DNA of 63,910 nt, the filler included, from Lenisia limosa (Eukaryota > Protista > Breviatea): the NCBI GenBank assembly GCA_001655205.1. It is 7 parts of 7 records of this genome, joined end to end, with 100 filler letters (N's around TTAATTAATTAA, not from the genome) between each part and the next. Parts side by side here need not be neighbours in the genome. Positions count along the whole stretch, not along the records: positions 23,159 to 43,501 come from LPNZ01006601.1; 6 more parts are not named here. One strand, 5' to 3'. Every line of letters begins with the position of its first letter. The stretch's first letter is position 1. A program made the translations under genes and the position numbers. The notes under the pieces are model-generated. The model was not told the DNA's origin. It did no database searches and was given only the letters and a program-made list of their open reading frames with translations. Shown in pieces: positions 27,865 through 40,719 of this stretch.

Positions 27865-30034
27865 ATGGCAATCCCAAATCAGAAAAGGAGAGACCTCTCT
27901 CATGGTATGTTCTCATTTGGGGCTCTTAAAACCTAAGCCTTAAACAGCATTAAAGTGGGGAATATTTTAGAATGGTTTTGTTATTCTGTGTCTTATTTTT
28001 TCAGAAGACTACCCTGTCCTTGGCCTAAAACGTGAGTGGGAAGAACACTTTTTAAGAGGAGGGAAACGCATAAGTTTTTTGGGATAAGTGTAGAGTGGTT
28101 ATTCTTTCATTGTGATGATAATCGATCCAATTGTTCAATTATAAATGAGATTATAAAATGAGAGCTCCCAGTGCACTGTTCTTTGTATTCTCATTGCCAT
28201 GTACTTTTTATATGGTTGCTCACGAGTGCAGCAACGCAGGAAGATTTCCCATCCCTCCCTTCTTCAATGCAATCGGTTCCCCAGCCTCAGTCACATCAGC
28301 ACCACCAAGCCAATAGACAGCAGCTGCAACAACAGCAGCAGCAGCAACAGCTCCACGTTCAGCAACAACAACAGCAGCAACAGCAATCCCTCCCAAGTTC
28401 CACCGTCCCCGCTCCTGCCGCAGCTTCCATGGTTGGCCTCTTACGTAGAATCCACATTTTTAATTCCTTTATATTTCTTCCTCCCTCACCTTCATCTATT
28501 ACTCGTTTGTGGTTTTCATCTCAGGAAGTCTAGATTTCAGGCTAGATTTGCGCACCTTCACCTCTCTCACACTACCCCGACTCTCACACGTGTTTTTGTT
28601 TTTGCGTTAATATTGAATAGACCCAAAAACAGACCCAACCCGCCTCCACACCCGCACCACCTCAAGACGATGATAGCAAATGGAAGGTGAAAGGGACAAG
28701 TGTTATTGTGTGGAGGGTTGAGAGGGATTTGTTGATTTGCCGGAGTTGGTTGAAAGTAGCAGCTTGTAAGTAGTATAAGATCACAGTGGGCCAACCAGTT
28801 AACCAGTGATGGGACGCGGTGCTGTAGAAGCGACTCACCAGGGCTTTTTTTTTGTTTTGTTGTTCTCAACCCTCTTGGTGTGCTGTCAGCCAACAGAGTT
28901 GATTTGGGGTCCATAAATTGTCCAATTTACCCCCTCTCCCTCTCCAGGTTCTTGGTATTGTGGATGTTGTGAAGCAGAAGAATCGTGAGCTCTCCAACAT
29001 CACACTAGGAATGGACTTGACATCTTTGGGACTCAATTTGACCTCTTCTGAGTAGGCTCACCTCCGTTTTCTCCTTCAGGACTTTGAGCCATGTTGATCC
29101 ACATTGTTTCTATATTCAACTTCACATTCACATGAGGTACCTTTTCTGTAATTGGAAGTAAACTTCGATCATATACCCGATATTTTAGCCTGGCATCCCG
29201 CGTCACCTCATATTTGTAGCGTGCTGTACCCCACATTCAGTTCGCCTTGGCAGGCACCATTAGCTGCTAACCACAATCGCGATGCGTCTGTGCCCCATTG
29301 CTACTACCTCCAAAACTCGACCTTGGTGTGTGGACTTCTCAATTTTTTAATAATTTTGCTCCCCCCCCCCTTTTTTTTTACAGCCGGACACTTTTTTTTT
29401 ATTATTATTTTTTTCCCAACTTCAACGTGTATATAATATGGTATATGGTTATTGGCTTACATTGCATTGTTTGTATCCTTATAAGTGCGAAGAGATGTCC
29501 GACATGATATCCGCTTTTCAACTTTTCCTTTTTGTCTGATCAATAGATCCAACCCCCAATCACTATGATCGAGAAGTATTCCGAAGATAACCTCCTTTGT
29601 ATCTTCTACTCCATGCCGGGGGATGCAATTCAAGTCAAGGCCGCCCAGCAATTGTAGGCACAGGGGATTTAAATAAAAAAATGTTGGAGTCAATAGTTTC
29701 ACTTATGCTAGTAACCTTATTATCCAGATATAGCCTTCCACTACTTTAATTTCCGCACATATCTTCGTGTATAACATTCATCAGGACAACAAAGAAAGGC
29801 TGGTTCTACGACCAGTCTAAACAACAGTGGCTTAAGCTCATTAGTAGCACTTCAAGGACCCCGCAATATATCACAGGAAACTTTGAGGTACGAATGAGAA
29901 TCTTTTTTTAAGAAAGCTATGGTCCAGTATCTTTTTTTTGTTTTTTGATTAATTAGGCGTTAAACCCTTCAACATGGACAAAGGAGCCGCTGTCAAGTTA
30001 CACCCTTATGTTATCAAATGTGTACACTCCATAG
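27865..30034 (+). CDS. CNOT2: CCR4-NOT complex subunit 2 (NOT2/3/5 domain) with N-terminal polyQ region
   Basis: Exons: VLGIVDVVKQKNRELSNITLGMDLTSLGLNLTSSE (28949), LYPTFSSPWQ...SVPHCYY (~29220), KYSEDNLLCIFYSMPGDAIQVKAAQQL (~29575), GWFYDQSKQQW (~29800), NPSTWTK...YTP*. These match the NOT-box signature; the EDFPSL motif lies upstream. Confidence 0.9.
28310..28386 (+). repeat. CAG/CAA trinucleotide repeat (polyglutamine) in a CNOT2 exon
   Basis: QQLQQQQQQQQLHVQQQQQQQQQ. Confidence 0.9.
28806..28948 (+). repeat. Intronic hairpin repeat family A, copy 2 (CNOT2 intron ~28687-28948)
   Basis: gtgatgggacgcggtgctgtagaagcgac...ttgttttgttgttctcaaccctcttggtgtgctgtcagccaacagagttgatttgggg...tccaatttacccc...ccag. 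Confidence 0.9.
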
Positions 30035-30345
30035 CTTTGTTTTAGAATGGTGTTTCTGTTGTTCTGTGATTCTGTGTTCTACTAGCGTCTAATTCTGACT
30101 TAATTTATTTCCTTGTTGTATCATTTTGTTATTATAGTATTATTATTATTTTTGTTTTTATAATTATAATATTATTATTATTACAGTATTATTATTATGA
30201 TTATTTATTCAGTTATTATAATTTGGTCCGTCTCGTGCAGGTATGGGAGGGGGGGGGCTGTTACGTTCGCACCCCCACAAAAATATTGTATTTAAAATGT
30301 TCCTGCTACAATTCTCAGCCCATTATATATTTCTTCAGTGTCAGT

Positions 30346-30787
30346 ATGAACGTAATTGAAACTCTTTATCAAGATTTCCAAAAGGTGCAGGCAGGTATTC
30401 AGGTTTTCTTTTTTATGAGACATGACTGGCCTGAGAAGCAAGATTGAGAAGCTTCTGACACAGAAAGACGAAACCAAGACCGTTCATTCGGAAATTGATC
30501 TTCTGAAGGAAGATGCTGATTTATTCAAGCACGTTGGTCCCCTTCTTGTGGAAATTCCCCACGAAGAGGCTAAGCTTAACATTACTGAACGTGAAGAGTG
30601 GCTCGAAAGAGAAATGTTTGTTATTTTTCTTGTTTTTTTGTTTGTTTGTGTTGTGTGTTCCTCTTTCTAACCCTGTTCTAAAACCGAAAAGGATTTGAGA
30701 GCGGCTGAAAAGAAGTCAATGGAACTCCAAACTTTGATTCAAAAGCAAGCACAGAAGCAGCAGCAACAGCAACAGTCGAAGAAATAG
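30346..30787 (+). CDS. PFDN6: Prefoldin subunit 6 (beta-type), 3 exons
   Basis: MNVIETLYQDFQKVQA / KLLTQKDETKTVHSEIDLLKEDADLFKHVGPLLVEIPHEEAKLNITEREEWLERE / ...KKSMELQTLIQKQ*; resembles the KE2/PFD6 pattern L.E...VYKL.GP.LV. Confidence 0.8.
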
Positions 30788-31385
30788 GAACTTGGTAGTG
30801 TGGATGTATAACAGTGGTTTGATGGTTGTTTTATCTTTTGTGAAATAAATATTTTCTTTTTTCTTCTGCCAGTGTAGAATACAAGAGAGACACTATTTTT
30901 GGTGTTTGTTTTGAAGTAAAGCTTTGATAGACTGTTTGTGGTCTGTGCACACATTGTTCCCAGTTTTCTTCTGTGCGTTTACCTTTCTTTGAGTTTCTTC
31001 TGCCCCCCTCTTTTCAAATGTCTTTTTATATTATGTGTCATTATCGATATCATAATTTTCTGAGTTGTTTCTTTGATTTGGTGATGTCCCGATGGGGAGG
31101 CTCCATACAATTTTCCTTTTCGCCCTCCCCTACTCCTATTTCTACCAGGCTTTGTTTGGTAATTACTGAATATTCAAAGTGCTATATTTTGATAATCCCC
31201 GTTTTACCCCCACTCCATTGGGATGCGGTCTGCGGAAGCGAGCTTTTATTATTATTATTATTATGTTTTGTTGTAAATTCTCCATTTTTACTCCCACACC
31301 ATCAGTTATTTGAAACAATGGAAATCTACATCCAAATAAATAAAATACACTACTACTTGAGATTAAATAAGGGTAACGTGAGTGT

Positions 31386-34083
31386 CTACTGTGAGGCTGA
31401 AGCAAGGCTGGTGATTACATCAGTTTTTAGGTCGCTCACACGGTCAGCTCTGTAGGGTAAAGAAGTATGGGAGTGGGGGNNNNNNNNNNNNNNNNNNNNN
31501 NNNNNNNNNNNNNNNNNNNNNNNNNNNNNNNNNNNNNNNNNNNNNNNNNNTGCTTACGTGAAGATCTTCGGACCGCCTTTCATTGGAGTTTTTCTGACTG
31601 GCGTTTTCTGTGGAGTGAAACAGATGATGGGTGTAATGCTGCATCCGACAGTGCGATATGACTTTGTATTCCCGCTATTATAAAAAATCACAGAGTTATC
31701 TAAGACAATAATAGTGTGTACCTTCGGGGAATTGAGGAACCTCTTGGTGGGGGTGGAGGGCAGGGTGTGTTTAGAAGGGGTAGAGGGGACAGAAGAGGGT
31801 TGAGGCATAGTGTTGGAGCTGAACGTCATTGTAAGGCGTCGACGCGCGCTGTGGTCGGCTGACAACGAGAATCTGGGCGACTTCAGGCGGGGAGAACCGG
31901 CTGCGGGTGAACTGAATTCGGTAAGATCAACTAACCTCTCTAAATGTAAGAAACGCGAAGATAATCTGCGGTGGTGGTGGGGTATTTGTCACACCAATAT
32001 TCCAGTACAATATGGGCGAACCCCATTTGAAACACTCATAATTCGCCTCTTACTTGGTAAGCGAGGCAAACCCTGTTTTAATGGGGCTTTGGGATAGTTC
32101 CATGGGACTTGAGGGTGATGTCACCCTAGAAAATAAGCAAGATGGATTTCATGTTTGGGAATCAATGTGATTAATATTCTGAAAAATTCCCTTCCCACTT
32201 TTTGATATTCTTTACTTCAGCCACGACAATTGGAAAGTCATCATGCTCCAGGAACTTCTCATAGAAAATGACCGCCAGCCCCATTGAGTCCTTAAAGAAG
32301 TTAGTTTTGGGGGGAAATGGGGGACATGGTTTAACGTGTATTACATGAATCACTTGTAGCTGAAAGAAGAAAAACAAATAATCACAAAAATACTCTTGGA
32401 TATTGCAAAACAAGAGTTCTGTAATATTCAAATAAAGTGACAGTAGAGAGCCTACTTTAAGCGGACTGCGCTTGATGGATTTGTAGTGTTTGAAAGTGAG
32501 GGACTATTGGGTGAGAAGAAAAAGTGGTTACAGTCTCCTCAGCCCCCATACACCACCTTAACAGTGTGTCATATTAGTATTATAATATTATTAATTGCTG
32601 AATACTTAAATAAGGTGGGAACGTTGTGATATCGTCTGAATAATAAAATATAGTTATTTACAACTGATAACTATAATTATGAAATATTGAAATTAATGGT
32701 GTCCATTCTATCTATGTACCAAATTGATCCCTAATCTTACCCTGCTGGGTCCGAATAATCTTTGGATAAATCCCCCCCTTCAGCAACAAAGCACCCCTAA
32801 CCATTTCTGGGAAGATATCGCTATATTCCTCATTCTCCTCCAGATTCTGTGAATTCGAAATCTTCTCCGTGATAACTGAGATGGATTCACGAGCCTACGG
32901 TATGAGGTTAAGAAAGCCAGCCGGAAGCATCCCTTCAAGCACATAACTACTTTACCGATATTTACATAATCATTCATATGTTGTACAAGATCCCAAACAG
33001 TACAAACTATATCCACCCATATTCATATGAAAGCAAACAGGCGAAATACTCAGATATTCAAAGTGACACAGCGAAAACACACACCATGTCTTCTGTAAGG
33101 TTCCTGCCCATAATGACAACTTCAGGATGCTCCAGGAAGTAGAACAAGCCCACAGCTAGATGGAGTGAAAATACCAAAACAATATTGAGGAATATTGGGA
33201 TTAGGGTTTAGTGTATTACAGGTTATTCAGATATCATCCGAACAAGTAATATTCTTGCGGTCTGGGAACAGAAATAATAAGATGACTCCTTACCCCCTCC
33301 TCACAGTATGCAGTGTTTTTCTTTGTCAATGCACAGCGGGCTGGTAGGAAGCGAACATCATAACCCCTTTTGTCCAAGGACCGGAGTAACTTCTTGTCAC
33401 TGCTATCCTGGGGGGGGGGTGAACAACAAGTACATTATGCATATAAAGTACACCGCATTATATAACAATAAAAAAGGAATGATGGAAGAAGAAAAGAGAA
33501 AAAGAAAAGAAAGGAACGAAGAAGAAAGGAATACGAAACAAAGAATAAAGGAAGAATGACACACGAAGAGGAAAGAAAGAAAGGAAGGATCCAGCCTACG
33601 AAGCACCCCGCCTTTTTGAGTAGCTTTGCACGTCGAATTAAGTTTTGCTGTCTATTCAGGAGAATCTTTCCGTCAACAACTGCAGCATAAGTAATAGAAA
33701 ATTAGAGTAGCCAACACATCAATCGCATGCAATTATAACTCCATCTTTTCTTGTAAATAACTATAATACAAAATTGCTTGAAAGTAATACTTCCACCTTG
33801 GCCAGTTTTCATCCCCCCCTTACTCTCGGGCTCTTCTTCCTGACTGCTCACAGGAACTTCCTCGACTAAAGTGTTAGGATGACAGGAGAAACTGTTGCAG
33901 TGGAGGGGGGGGGGCATGAGTAGCCAGTTTGCTTTAACAATTACATTAGTAGAGACAACATAAACCAAATGCAATATCAAACCACAAGAACAAATTGCCA
34001 TTTCCCCTCATCTCATGCCCACCTTCAGGTTTTGTGACCTTGTCATTCCAGGTGCGAGTGAAGATACTCCACCATCGGCTCAT
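31386..34083 (-). CDS. DUF4262-like protein with Ser/Pro-rich C-terminal tail
   Basis: Phase-consistent spliced model: MSRWWSIF...DSSDKKLLRSLDKRGYDVRFLP...NTAYSVGLFYFLEHPEVVIMG...DSMGLAVIFYEKF...FPIVV. The AYSVGL..HPE motif is recalled from DUF4262; not searched. Confidence 0.55.
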
Positions 34084-34434
34084 TGTGCTAGGAGTTTAAA
34101 TCTCACAAGGTTAGTGACAGGTTTTGCCTGTCCTAACAACTTCCCGCCTTCTTATTGCTCAGAAATAGGAATAATATATTTTTGTGTTGTGTTTTACGCA
34201 CACAATATGGAAAAAGGCGTTTTCATTTCCACCCCAAAAGTTAGATAGAAAAAAGGTACCTGGGGGAGTAAACACAAATTCAAATATAAACTTCCAGGCA
34301 ATTGCTCCCAGGCTCCCAGGCGTGTTTCATTGACTATTCAAGTATTACAACTACTGGTAAACAGAATATACTCATAGGAAAATTTAAAAGCTGAGGACCA
34401 GTCCGTTGGTTGCCTCTGGTATTTCTGTGTCAAA

Positions 34435-37400
34435 ATGAGTTTACAAGACGCTAAAAAAGGTAAGGGCAAAGACAGAGTCTCGGATATAATCTTGCATTGT
34501 GTTGCTTTTATTAATGTTCTTAGCCTCAACGCTTCTTGAGGACATTCAAAATGCCCGGGATCTCTCCATCAACCACACCACTCCTCCATGTAAGCTAGAC
34601 TGAAAACTGTGTTTGAAGAAAGACAATCAAGTGTACTTATTCTGTAGCCCAGAGACACAATCTTAACTCAACCCAATCATATTCGCCCACTGAACGGGCG
34701 TCTGCGACTCCCGACCGACGTNNNNNNNNNNNNNNNNNNNNNNNNNNNNNNNNNNNNNNNNNNNNNNNNNNNNNNNNNNNNNNNNNNNNNNNNNNNNNNN
34801 NNNNNNNNNNNNNNNNNNNNNNNNNNNNNNNNNNNNNNNNNNNNNNNNNNNNNNNNNNNNNNNNNNNNNNNNNNNNNNNNNNNNNNNNNNNNNNNNNNNN
34901 NNNNNNNNNNNNNNNNNNNNNNNNNNNNNNNNNNNNNNNNNNNNNNNNNNNNNNNNNNNNNNNNNNNNNNNNNNNNNNNNNNNNGTCCTTCCACACCTTA
35001 AATTTGGGCATTGAGTATAAGGTATTTCTTCTTCTATTTTGGTTGAGGCCCTCCCCCATTAACAGGATCAGGGATTATATCGGAAGATCTTGAGTTCAAT
35101 TTGCCCCGGGTGCCGACACTCTTCCAGATTGCGGTGGAAGGAGTCATTGATAATTTTGAAGGTTCGTGGCCCAAGAGGGGGGGGGGGGGCNNNNNNNNNN
35201 NNNNNNNNNNNNNNNNNNNNNNNNNNNNNNNNNNNNNNNNNNNNNNNNNNNNNNNNNNNNNNNNNNNNNNNNNNNNNNNNNNNNNNNNNNNNNNNNNNNN
35301 NNNNNNNNNTTCGGGTTTTTTTTCTTCACAATTCTTTGGTGAAAATATGTAATACCTTGTTTATAATGAAACTCATCTTGGAAATAATACCTTTTTCCAC
35401 TCAAGGATGACCCTTTCTACTCTTATTTCCCCAGGTTTATACCACCCTAATCATCACTATTAGAAGAGAGTTGCTGTTCTAACAAATTAAGAGAGTCCCG
35501 ACATAAGCAGACTACCGAACCGAGCCAAGATTGCGGTTCTTGATGGCCTGCCAGTGGACCTTTCTCTTCCAATTGCCCTCAACCACATTTTTGCCCAGGG
35601 TAGGCTGGATACTAAAAAACATGCTGGTGCATTTTCGCATAACTCTTCATTCTAAGACTTGATAATAGTGAGATGGATTTTTCAGAAAATGCTGTCCTTT
35701 TGGAACCGAAAAAGTGCTCTGTCTCCCTACCATGCTCATAGATGGAGGAAGGGGTAATAAAAGGGCTGACACCACAGGCTACTGGGTGCGCCGTTTGAAG
35801 GCTGAATGGCCCCAGGCCGTTTACGATAAAAAAGACAAGACGTCTCCCCGCAGAGAATGGTGCCAAAGGACGCTATCAAGAACCCTTGGTTGGCGTGTGG
35901 GGTGAATTTCGTTTGGACAACGTAGTTTTGTTTTTGTGAAATTCAAACAAATAAAGAATCACACTGGGAGTTTAGTATTAAGGATACTATTTTTTTTGCT
36001 ACGAGATTTTTTGAATTAGATTCTTGATAAATGTGACAATTATATTATTTCTCATTTAATATACTACTAATATATGATATATCGATATATGTTATACTTT
36101 TTCTAGCTACATGTACTGCTATAGTAGTACTATGTGATATATACTGAGGATTTGATGATCTTGCGTTTTTACAATTTTATAGAGCTCTGGAACCCCGAAG
36201 TCATGGACAATGATGATCTGATGGAAGTTTGCGGGTACTTCGAAATTCAGGATTGTGTTAGAAAGATGTTTCGTCCAACTTGTAGGAATATCCTTTAGAA
36301 ATGTGATAGTGTTGACAATTTGGGCCTGTTCACCTTTTCTCATTTATGGATCTATTACTGCGCAGCTGCTGACCCTCTGCGCTCCATTTACGCAAAAACT
36401 GAAGCTTGAAACGCTTCCTGGCCACCCCGACATGGCTGTCATCCTTGGCACTCTGGAAAAGGTCTCAGACCTCAACCTTGTGTTCGGGTGGGAGGGGTAG
36501 CTTGGCTTGAACAGATCAACAAAGTTTATTTGGATCTACCTGAGTCACATGTGTCGTGCATACATTTCAAAAAGTAACTTTAATTTTGTAATCTGTAGCT
36601 TTTGGATGATTTATGTGGAGGAGCTATATAAATTGTAAATACAAAAGCAACCTAGTACAAACTTTTTGAGATTTACAAACATCGCACATCGGTTTGCTTT
36701 CTAGTGTGTTACATCCTGGGAACTCTCAATTTCACAAGCAACACTTGAGGTGAACCCTATTAATGCGCCTTTGTACTGACCAAACAGAGTGGGTCAAGTT
36801 GGCCTGGACTTTTCCTGGGACCTTGTGGGGATGCGACAAGCCGATGCCTCTTCAATCGGTGCGGGGGGCTTCCCATGTTCTAACCCCTCATAATTTTGGT
36901 GATTTTTGTTTCTGGGTTTGTTAACTTGTGAGTGGGTTCAAGCAATTTCTCCTCTCAGAATATTTTCATCCCGCCAAATACCAAATTCGATTAATTTCCA
37001 TCATCTCTTCAAAATATATCCTCGCCGTTGGCAAATACTTTCTTGCTGCCAATATTGAATTCTAATTCCTGATTCCAACTCGATCAGGTACCGCTCTAAA
37101 GGCGTCAACGGCACTAACCCGGGTTTCTCTTCAGCGGTCCCTTATTGGTAAGAGGCTTTACTTACCAGCAAAGTTGATAGTTACATTAATATTTGTGATT
37201 GTCAATTCACCCACTTCCGTAAAACTCTTCCCCTTCTATTCGCAGATGATAAGCTTATGAGACCCTTGGCTGCGGGTGTCTCTGAATGCAACCAGCTCAA
37301 ATTCCTTGGTGAGGGGTGCTCTGTTCTTGTCAGCCAAAAAGCTCCTATTTACCAAGCATCACAGATTTATCGCATAACAAACTGGGCAACTTCAGTGTCA

Positions 37401-39184
37401 AAGCCCTTGCAGCGTGCCTGGCCAAACCCACGTGTCAAATCGAGGAGCTCCTGTTGGACGACAATCATGTCAAATCGGAGGTGAAAGGGGTTTAAATTTG
37501 ATGTGGACATAGTACCTAATTTCTGCCAATATGAGTATATCATGTAATATAGTAAGTAACAAATAGAAACTTCCTAAAAAGGCTTTTTTTTTTTTTTGTT
37601 TTTTTTTTTCAANNNNNNNNNNNNNNNNNNNNNNNNNNNNNNNNNNNNNNNNNNNNNNNNNNNNNNNNNNNNNNNNNNNNNNNNNNNNNNNNNNNNNNNN
37701 NNNNTTTGGTCGTTGGATATGTCTTTTCTACGACCAAATTCCAAAAATCCCTTCTTTTGTTCTGGAAGTCTTTTTTAGTACAGAAGTTATTCCTTCCATA
37801 TGGATGGACAACAACTACTCCTAAATACGCTATTGTTTGTTCATGGGATTATTACAGTATCACTGCCCCCACTAATGCTAATGCCATATTCCTCCCTTTT
37901 ATATGGCATTTTGTAACCGAAAACCCAAGTGTTGACCTTTTTAGGGAGGAACCTACTTGGCGAAGGGAGTAGCCAAATGCAACAGTCTCCAAAAACTCAG
38001 CCTCAGACTCAATAATGTGAGGAGGGTTTTTTTTTTCTAAATCAGGCTCTCTTGTAAGTGAGGAATGGTGATTCGGCTTTACAACAACAAAATGAGCTTT
38101 ACTCATAACTTCATTTAACTCATACATAACTCTTCTTATTTTGCAACTATTTCACAGTATCGTGATCGTGTTTTTCTATTGTCATATGAGGGTTAAAAAG
38201 AAAAGGCAAGATATATGTAAATGTTGATTGTTTGAGACAGTTATTTTGTGAAAACGCCTCAGTATTCATTGCTGAAACCTCACTAAACCTCACTCTTTCA
38301 GATCGGAGATGAAGGTGCTGCTGCTCTTCTCGATGTGGGTTTTGTCTCCTGTGATCCTGTCGGATAACGTCAATCTTGTAAATCATGCAGCATTGAAATA
38401 CAACTTATCTAATACTCTTGCTCTTGATAGTCGCAATAAACGCACTTTTGATTTTAGTTCACCATATTTGTTGATATTAGACCATCATATTTTCACTATT
38501 TAGTCTGTTGCTAAGTCATCGTCCCTGGTTAACCTCAACATCTCAGCTAACTCTATCACTTTTGGTGGAATTTGTAAAATAGTAAGGGGGGATACAGTTG
38601 CTGGTACCTCATTGAATTCTTGATATGGTAGTTGTTATGCTCGATTAAAAAACAGTGTTTTGTCGCCTTTTCACCATATTGAACTCCCATGTTACCGTCA
38701 TTTCTCACTGATCGTAGAATGAAGTAGCGTTAGTGAACAAAACCCTGGTGCATCTGGACCTTGCATGCAACAATGGGATTGGTATCCAAGCCTCCCAGGT
38801 TAGGCAATAACTATTCTCTACAACTCGATTGAGACCTATACTTAGTGAATCCTTACACCTGTTTGAGTATGTCCATTATTCTTCCTATCTCCCCTACCTC
38901 ATCACCTCTTGCTCCTTTTCCCCACAACATTCGAGGATTTACAGACTGAACATTTAGGTTCTCATGGAGGCTGCGACAAGCTGGTCCTCTTTGAAGACAA
39001 TGGTGCTACGACTATCTGGGTAGGTGGACATGGGGTTTAACTTCGGCTAAATCAGACGGTCCTGAAAACGTTAATCAACGTTGACGGTTTTTATTTGGGA
39101 ACTGTGTCTTGACGCTGTAGACTTGGGCATGAATTTGAGAGTCGCATCAACACGGTTCTGCTCCGCCGGCCGAGTGAGGCTTAG
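34435..39184 (+). CDS. DRC5: Dynein regulatory complex subunit 5 (TCTE1), leucine-rich-repeat flagellar protein
   Basis: Exons: IISEDLEFNLPRVPTLFQIAVEGVIDNF (35060), LPVDLSLPIALNHI, YWVRRLKAEW, GLDFSWDLVGMRQADASSI (~36800); RNI-type LRRs DLSHNKLG, LLLDDNHV, LSLRLNN-IGDEGA, LNISANSI. The two 5' exons (MSLQDAKK..) are less certain because of the N gap. Confidence 0.85.
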
Positions 39185-39350
39185 ATCCCCTGTTGTTTCC
39201 CCCTGTTCTTTTAACTATTTCTTATTTCTATGTTCAAACTATGTAAAACTAATGTATATTACTCTGATTTTGGGTACAAGTACATAGTTTTTCAATAATA
39301 CTAAAATACAATACACATTTACTTCCACACGAAGTCTAACAAATAGTCAT

Positions 39351-40650
39351 TCAAATGACCTGCTGGTCTTCACGGACATCATTGAACTTCAAAGTCACTT
39401 GACATTCCTCACATGCACGTGTGATTAGTTCGATATACGGAGCAATGTAGGGGTCTGTAGGGTCACGAAAACAGACTACGTCAGTCACTCCACTTTTCTT
39501 GTGTTCCTGAAATGATGAAGATATCATGTGCATGTACGAAATTTCAGTATTAGGATATCATATACTGAGGATTTCCAGAAATGTATTATGTCTTGTGAAA
39601 CGAAATCAGCCAACTCTCAATGAGGGTCGTAATATGGGAATTTACTTGTAAAACTCCATACTCATTATTTGCAGATAGTGAGATAAAAGTTCAGGCAAAT
39701 CTTTCAAAAGCAGCACATATACAATATGATACACATATCGATATATATGTATGTATAAAAGCAGTATTGGGAGAAAACCCTCAAACAGAAAGCTGTTGAA
39801 TAACAGTGGTCAATTTCTGTTCCACCTCGTGGGACAACAGGAGATGATCATACCTGGAATTGAGATAAAATAACTTCAGCATTGCAAAAAATAATAATAA
39901 TAATAAAAAATCATATTAAAAAGCAAAACTCTCCCTCCTACCAGGGTATGCGACTGCTCGATTCCAAAAGCCCATACACACCCGAGAGAATGCAGAATTC
40001 TAAGCAGGTAAACATGCTTCTGATTAGAATTTTGCCTTCACTTGTTAAAAGAAAAGACCATCATATACTATGTTTGCTATTCAACTTTTTCACTCCACAC
40101 ACCTTGTTCCAGTTTTTTAGAATGGTTGAAAACAGCCGTGATACGAGGGGACTGGTACCGCTGAATCTGAAGGGGATGGTCAGCGACCGACAAATCCTTG
40201 AATATCAAGGCAATACGATCATTGTTTGTGATTTTCGAAAAATATTTTTTTCTTGACGCAAAGATACTTATTTATAGTTGTATGCTGGGGAGGCACACAG
40301 ATACCTGTGCGCACAGAATTGTAAGGCAAATGATTGGGTGAATTATATTTGAACAACGGCAACACCCAAAAAAAGACAAGCTGAATTTTCGTGAAAACTC
40401 ATAGTTGAATCCGCTTTCCCCTGAATATGAAACACTTATTTTATGCTTTTAGGCTTGAGTCCTATATCATCTAATAAAGAAGTAAGAATGACATGCCTTA
40501 CAGAAGTTGATTTAGAAATGAGACTTATTCCACCAAACAAGTCATATGGAGCCAAACCTTCTTACCGCAGGAATACTGCCTTCAGCTTCATCCTTATCCT
40601 TACAGCAATATGTTACATTCAGTATCATAGTGATTTTGCTGAGGCAGACC
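39351..40650 (-). CDS. Unknown multi-exon gene convergent with DRC5
   Basis: Terminal exon EHKKSGVTDVVCFRDPTDPYIAPYIELITRACEECQVTLKFNDVREDQQVI*; upstream exons RYDHLLLSHEVEQKLTTVIQQLLFE and DLSVADHPLQIQRYQSPR. The 5' limit is uncertain. Confidence 0.45.
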
Positions 40651-40719
40651 CAAGACAGACTCCGCAACTTTTAACTTGTAATATTTTAGTTATTTTAACC
40701 AAAAATTCACCAATAAGGA

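Noticed and set aside
34680-34721. GC-rich hairpin CGCCC-ACTGAAC-GGGCG as an ncRNA
   Set aside because: Truncated by an N gap and no tRNA/snRNA motif is recognisable.
36285-36300. ATATCCTT as a U12-type donor (also ~12120 minus, ~29467, ~53555)
   Set aside because: These lie inside GT-AG introns or exons, not at exon boundaries required by the protein alignment.
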